Shown here: piece by piece, positions 57,701 to 64,000 of the stretch
Layout: every line of letters begins with the position of its first letter
Position numbering within the stretch: position 1 is the stretch's first letter
DNA from: Catajapyx aquilonaris
Taxonomy: Eukaryota
DNA: 64,000 nucleotides
Assembly (NCBI GenBank): GCA_000934665.2
Contig: JYFJ02000049.1
Coordinates: 1 to 64,000, forward strand
Direction: 5' to 3'
Notes under the pieces: generated by a model
Databases searched by the model: none
What the model was told of the DNA's origin: nothing
What the model saw: the letters and a program-made list of their open reading frames with translations, nothing else
Made by a program: the position numbers and the translations under genes

Positions 57701-60014
57701 CATTTATTTTTAACTTCAAGTTCAGAGTGCAGCAAGAAAAATACCAAAATATTTTTTAAGGGTGCAAACAAATTACTACCTTCCATAAATCTCATTTAAT
57801 AGAAATTAAAACCAAGTGATATACTGTAGTTGCATCAAAAGACCTACTGCTGACCACATTCCATGAAGAAAAATGAACAATATAATTGTTATTTACTTTA
57901 CAATTGACATTTTGTACATGACAGTACTTACAAGGCACAGCACATTTGATAATTGTGTATCCCTCATTTGATACATTCACATATTAATTATATTCCAAAA
58001 TTAGTCGTGCAATATTTATGTTTTATTATGTTTATTGATATTGATTTATTAATACCATTATTTCATCCTGAGGAGTTACTCGTACCGGTACAATTATAAT
58101 TTTAAAAACATATTAATCAGTTTGGAATAAAAACAACTGCTGCAGTAAATAAAGAAATGGCAATGAGTGGCAACCAACCAGAAAAAAACTTGAAAGGATC
58201 TGAGTTGTGCAAAATCTCTGCAAGAAATATGGCCAAGTCCTGCCACATACTGTTGTTTACAATGGTACAGCATTTCAGCCGCAGTTCACCTTACAACATC
58301 TTAGCCTTCGCACTTACTTGAAGGAATGTGGAGGCATCCGGTTCACAGGCACACTCCAAGTCCTCCAGCAGTTCTGCCTCCTCCTGCAAGGGAATGAATC
58401 CCTGCACACATAAATGTCATTCCCACATGACAAAAAATTAACTCTCGGGTACCTGTAGTCACCACTCAACTCACCTCGTACTGCACCTGGAACTGGGGTC
58501 TAGTCACCAGCAAAGTAACTGCTTCTGTGCTCTCAGCAAACAGTGCTTCTGCCTGCTTCTGACTCGTTATGTCCACTCCATTCACCTGTACAAAGGCGAG
58601 CAAATATTGAATAAGGTAAACTGGCATTGCATGGCTGTAGTACGGTAGCCAAAAAAATTGCAATAAAATACCTGAACAATTTGGTCTCCCTCTCTAAGCC
58701 GACCATCTTTACCAGCTACACTCACAGGACATATGGCACTTATGTACACTTCTGTGTCTGTCTCTTCCGCACCTGAACTGTAACACAAGGTCAGGCCCAA
58801 CTTCTCCTCAGTGAAGCCGCGTTGTAGCGTTACTTCCTGTTAATAAAAGACACCGCTTAGATTGCACTATAAAGCAATAATTGTAATAACAATACACCAT
58901 CACAGCAAACAAAAGAAAATGTCCTAACATACAATGGTGTCAGTTGCACCTAAATTATTCCTCTGGCTTTGCACCAGAGACGTTTTAACATTCGTAAATC
59001 TTTGCTATATATTTTCTTAGCACTAATGGGGGCAGTTCCACAGCCTTGGTCACACTATTTCTAGTCAGGCATTTATTGACTTTGCAGCCGAACAAAATGG
59101 TCCTGATCCATTTGATCTCGGCAGTAAATCCCCATCGAATGGTATGGGAAAGCTACGCTGTTTCCTGCACATATTTTGGACTAAACCCCAAAGGAGTGTC
59201 GGTGGATTTGGCACGTCTCGTCCTTCTCCGTCTGTTTTCCAACCCCCCACCCCCACCCCAACCCTCTTCATTCTTTTCTCTCTTTTTTTTGTCGTCTTGC
59301 TTTTCTTTTTTGTCCCCCCCTGTGACTGCGACACAAACCTTTCTCCCTCTGCCACATTTCAGTCGGCTGCAAATTACGGAAATGCGAACAAGAGTAAAGT
59401 CTCAAGTCCTCGGGTATTTTTACGGCCCCATTTCGTGGGGTGTAGGATCAAATCCGCGCTCGTATGGTTGTCATCGGCGCCGAAATATTTGGCGGAACCC
59501 AGGCAGCTGCAGATGGGGGGCCCCGTACCTCGTAGTCGAGTTCGGCGGACAAGAAGTCCTCGAAGCTGTCGTCGTGGACACCGTCGCTCTGGAAGACCAC
59601 TGGGACTGGACCGATGTGCTCTCCGTTGGGGGCCAGAAGAAGTGGGTCCGCCTCTCCTCCGCTCCAGAGGCTGAGGGTGGTCCATTCTGTCTGGACAGCA
59701 ATGGACACCACCGAGGCTTCAGGGTTGTTGCAAGACCGGGTACCGCTGTCACCTCCACTGTCACTGCTGCTCACGCCCACACTGAAACATATACGTTGTG
59801 TCAGAATTATTGTGTCATACCTTGTCCGGTGATGGACTAACCTGTTAGCACTGGCGTGGGTGCTGGTGCTGGCGCTGTTGGACAGCACGGTGTCCGTGGC
59901 TCCGTTGCCATCCTTGTTCCTCCGGAGCACCTCCACCACGATGGGTTCGTCGGCCAACTGGAAGGCCTTCACTGCCTCCTCGTGGGTGGCACGGCTCAGG
60001 TCCTGTCCATTCAC
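54762..60014 (-). CDS. PDZRN3/PDZRN4/Slip1-like PDZ protein, 3' part (5' exons not found in window)
   Basis: Exons ~59842-60014, 59529-59781, 58672-58836, 58475-58585, ~58318-58402, 56948-57587, 55355-56263 and 54762-55145. PDZ segments [18 protein letters not shown] and KLGLTLCY...[15 protein letters not shown]. Family motifs [54 protein letters not shown] and C-terminal LLSVTTV. Confidence 0.92.
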
Positions 60015-62554
60015 CTGACAAACGACGAAAAAAAAGAGCAGGGTCACATAAAAGGCAGACTGCGACAATAAATCAGCTGAAGAGGGTCAATGTGCCCTTT
60101 CCTGGAGATGCACACTACCTCATCACCAGGAATTGCAGTTTACGGGGGTCAAATGGACGCGACTCTTGCATGGCGTCATCGCTGCCAATCCTAATTAATG
60201 CTGGGTAGGAGGGAGGAGGAGGCCATTCTATTATGGTACGGAGGCCAACCCTCCATAACTCACCCACTGGTTGGACGGGATTTTTATTCCGCTCTTCCGG
60301 AATCATTGGGGAGGCCACGTCATACCAAATGACAGGCATAAGTCATATTTAAAGAAGCAAATTACAGCTAAACATTTTTCCTCCTCGCCTTGTACAAAAG
60401 TACAGCAGGTATTTTGTAATCAAGCACGCAATCTCGTGAGTTACTACGCAGTACACATGCCTAAAGGCCCTAAGAGTATAGTGCATAGTCAGATTGTTTT
60501 TATGCTTATTCTCTACATGTGGTTTGGATGACCATGTGAACAGATTGTAACTTAGAATTCCCCGAGAACGTATAAATGTTTGGCCAGATCCCCCCCTTTG
60601 AATTATTCTGCACATCTGCGTGCCAAAGCTATTTCCATGCCATTATTGTCAGTCAGTGCCCGGCAGTAACTGTCAGCAACGTCCGGTAACGACCTCTTCC
60701 TGCGCGTGATACTCGGAGGCATGGGGGCAAACAAACGGCAACACCGCCGCCTCGAGAATATTGTCCTGGTGCCGTGAAGCAGGATCATCAAGTCACGAAG
60801 GACCAAGTAAAAACATTTGTCAGCGTCCCAGCCTCCCGTAGTGGGCCACCCATCCTGAACTTGGAGGACTTCTTATACGCTGACCAAAACCGACGTCGGG
60901 GGCTATAAACACGCACACCCTCATCCGGTGGGACAGTTTAGAAGGAAATGGTGCGGCCGACTCTCCAGGTGTCCCCCCTTGCACCCCCACACTAAAACCA
61001 TCCCGTTTCTCATCTGTCAGCTGGACTCTTTTCCGCTGTTTGGGGACGTCATCTGGTGCCCAGTATAGGGTGGTACACTTCCCTATTTACACCACCAATT
61101 CCAGCTCCACTATTTAGTGGCCTGAACTTGAGCCATGTTCCACCCTGTGTATTGCGAGGGTTGGACTCTTCCGCCCTCTCAGTCAGCAGAAACCCCTCCT
61201 GACCGACAACCCTGACCTTTGCTGCTATGTGGCCCTCAACAGAGACCGAAACGAGCCTACCAGGCCAGATCAATCGGTCAGAAAGGAACATTTTCTTCCG
61301 TCATCGTCATGCCTAACCTTGCACGTTTGAACCCCGTCCTCCATGCCTTTTTTTTTTGTATACATACAAGGCAGAAATAAGCGAGACACTCCCATATATG
61401 CAACAAATATTTTGATGCCAGATAAGGCCTAATCGGATTTTGCTAGCGTTTGAGTTTGCCGACAAAGAATGTTCAAAAATTTTGTGTGTTCAGTGAAAGT
61501 CAATGTGACCAAGTACGCTAATGAATAATTATTTAACATATCGAAGTGGTCATCAATATATTAGCATTTTTGTCTGCATGAGTGCTTATGTTGCTATAGG
61601 TGCATTATTTTGAGTGCAGCCAGGATGCGACCCTGGGGATACCGTAATGGTGTAATTAGAAAGTCGTGGGACTCCGGTGTAAGTCGGTGACTTTTCTTGC
61701 CCGTTACTTATTGCCCGCGTGACATTCGCCAGAAACGTGGGCGCGAAAAAAGGAGTCCTGTTTATCCCTTTCGGGAGATAATCCCAAGGCTGATTAGTAG
61801 CAAAAGTGCGGAAGGAGACATGGTCGATGCTGGGTTCGCCTTGAGACCAACTCTGCTGGTCTTGTCGTTGATGGAACTCAGGGAAGTCGAAGCCTTTTTC
61901 GGGAAGGGAAAACCGGCCACAACAAGAAAGAAGAAAAAAAAAAGAAGCAAACTTCGAAGCACATAAAAATAAAAGTGAATGCTGCCCTTGTCGTGTTTTG
62001 CGCCGCCGCATTCATATGCAAATGAATGCTCGGGGAATGGCATCCGTCACCATCAAGAGGGTGTACGGTACGTGTGAAGGGTACGGGCACCAACCGACGA
62101 CCTGTCTTATTCTTCTTCCCCCCTCTGATTGATCTCTCCACCTTGATCAGCCGATAATCCAAACGCACATTGTCCTCGACACTACCTGTGACACTATTTC
62201 CCAAAAGATGACAACGCTCTCAGGGGGAAAAAAAAGGTGATGAGGCGGAATGCGTGCCTCCCACACGTGTCTTGCCCTTGGCTGAATAATTATTGTCATC
62301 GGCTATTTGCTGGCCGGCCTTCGGTCGACTTCCCGATGCCAAATGCTGGGGCGTATGGACACCAGTTCAACGAACTGGGCGGGAATGAAAAAGGTGCGAG
62401 TATGTCTCGAGTGTTGTCCCCAGCAGTGGGACAAGATGGAGAAGAATGCCGTGACTTTACTCTTTTGCACCGGTTGCTACCTACTGGGCACTCCAGGAGG
62501 CCTTAGGGGGAATCGCCCTATACACATTCACGTGACTATCATTATATGAGCTTA

Positions 62555-62720
62555 GCCCGTTCAGGCTGTCATGGTAAGATGACCCAATCGGAGTACACAA
62601 CGGTCCTGAGTTCGATCCCCGGCGGTTTTAGCCATCTTGTCACGTCCTATAGCTTTAGGTGCTGCTGGAGGGACGACCCAAAGTGGCCACATTGGGTGGT
62701 CCCTTCCTGTCCTATTATGC
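62555..62720 (+). mobile_element. Degenerate tRNA-derived SINE (possible)
   Basis: B-box-like gagttcgatccc at ~62608-62619 preceded by an A-box-like ggctgtcatggtaag; no cloverleaf or TSD resolved. Confidence 0.4.
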
Positions 62721-64000
62721 ACGCCAGGATGATCACAGCCTGGCCTCTCATAATTCGATTCCACTCCTGTCCCCAAATTTGTCCGTCCGTGATTCATTGC
62801 ATCCTAGGGGACGGTGAATAATTTTTTAAAAAGGAAAGTCTTTTTTTTTTATTTGAGCGAATACCAGGACGGAAGGCATGTGGTAAACGCGAGGGTCAAA
62901 GGCACACGGAACGAATGATTTAATTTTACAATGTGACATGAAGCGTTGTCATCAGAAAGCAAATGAGGTGGAACTTGTTACCGCAGTCATTTTGTATGTG
63001 AAATATTGTGCATTGGCTGCACCGTGGTGTTAAAAAGTGCCTGGAGCTACGTTTAGTACAGGCCAACACTGTAATAAGCAGCCATATTACACTGCGCATT
63101 TTTTTTGCACAACCTTATAATTTTAGTAACCATCAGTGAAAACTTGCCTATAACCCATCATTTCAAATGAGTGAGCACTAAATGGTGATTTAAAAATTAC
63201 TCCCTTCCACCCAATATTCCACGTGCATATTTTACGGAAGTATTAACCACCACACCTCCCTAAGCCGGAACAAATTGGCGCCATTTGTATCAACATTACG
63301 TTCGGACGCAAGCACGATTTCACTTGGACAAAAATGATGATTGAGCCTGGCAGACTAACGAGTTACATTCTGGGCATCCGATGTCGATAACGAGATCAAT
63401 TGGCCAGGATTTTCACGTATGCTATGTTACAACTACACCGCATTATATGTTTATATGTAACCTGAAACATGCTGCTGCAGACATAAAATCGCCTTGACCC
63501 CTCGCCACAGCTGTAAATCCCTACACCAGACATTTGCTCTACGCAATGCTAGCTAAATAATGGACAGTAATGGTGACATACACACTTGGCCGTTACTTTC
63601 CTTCCAGTCCCTCCCCAGCATGGTCGCTCTGAGAGACCCAAATCCCCGGGCTGGGCTCTGGATTTGCTCAAGGAGACTAGTGTGATGGTCGAAGCAGCAG
63701 CCCAACCCATGGATACGGGCTTGCAGAGACGCTATCTCTAACTCGAGGAGAAAAAAAAAATCCCCGGGATTGACCCCATGCAAGATGCCGTGAAAATATA
63801 TTCCAAACTCAGATTCGCATTCATCCGTGAAGACCATTTCTCTACACACCCTTTACCGCTTTTTTTTTGACAATAATAATCCGCCATATAATGCAGATTC
63901 AATTATATGCACATATGTGGTTCGATTCCGCACGATCAATCCTCGTGTCCAAAGTTAGTTCAGAGCGGCTCGAATCCATTTCTGGTCTGGAAAAAATTGG

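Noticed and set aside
61878..62204. Upstream coding exon of the PDZRN-like gene
   Set aside because: Starts at TTG and lacks the expected PDZ GLGF-type loop or RING cysteines.

Overview
Eukaryotic, intron-containing, gene-dense animal DNA, most likely an arthropod or other protostome (inferred from the Rho1, Cdc42, M-Ras and Slip1-type proteins and short GT-AG introns). It is not prokaryotic: I found no CRISPR arrays, rRNA or genuine tRNA. Manual splicing gives nine genes: an unassigned multi-pass membrane protein (-), SF3B1 (-), COQ10 (+), an AXDND1-like gene (+), CIR1 (-), Cdc42 (+), PTPN11/corkscrew (-), M-Ras (-) and Rho1 (-). The 3' part of a tenth gene, PDZRN3/4/Slip1-like (-), has its 5' exons probably beyond the window. 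Introns and spacers carry many MITEs, foldback elements and tRNA-derived SINEs. The best leads are: (1) an in-frame alternative first exon that would give SHP2 an MGxxxS myristoylation motif plus a basic N-terminus; (2) stop-containing candidate poison exons and RNA hairpins in SF3B1 intron 4, the intron that yields the truncated human isoform; (3) a head-to-head SF3B1-COQ10 pair, as in human; (4) a 25-kb Cdc42-SHP2-MRAS-Rho1 signalling cluster with very tight Rho1-to-MRAS spacing; (5) a SINE nested in a MITE, with an empty sibling element in the same window. All exon boundaries were read by eye and lack transcript support.
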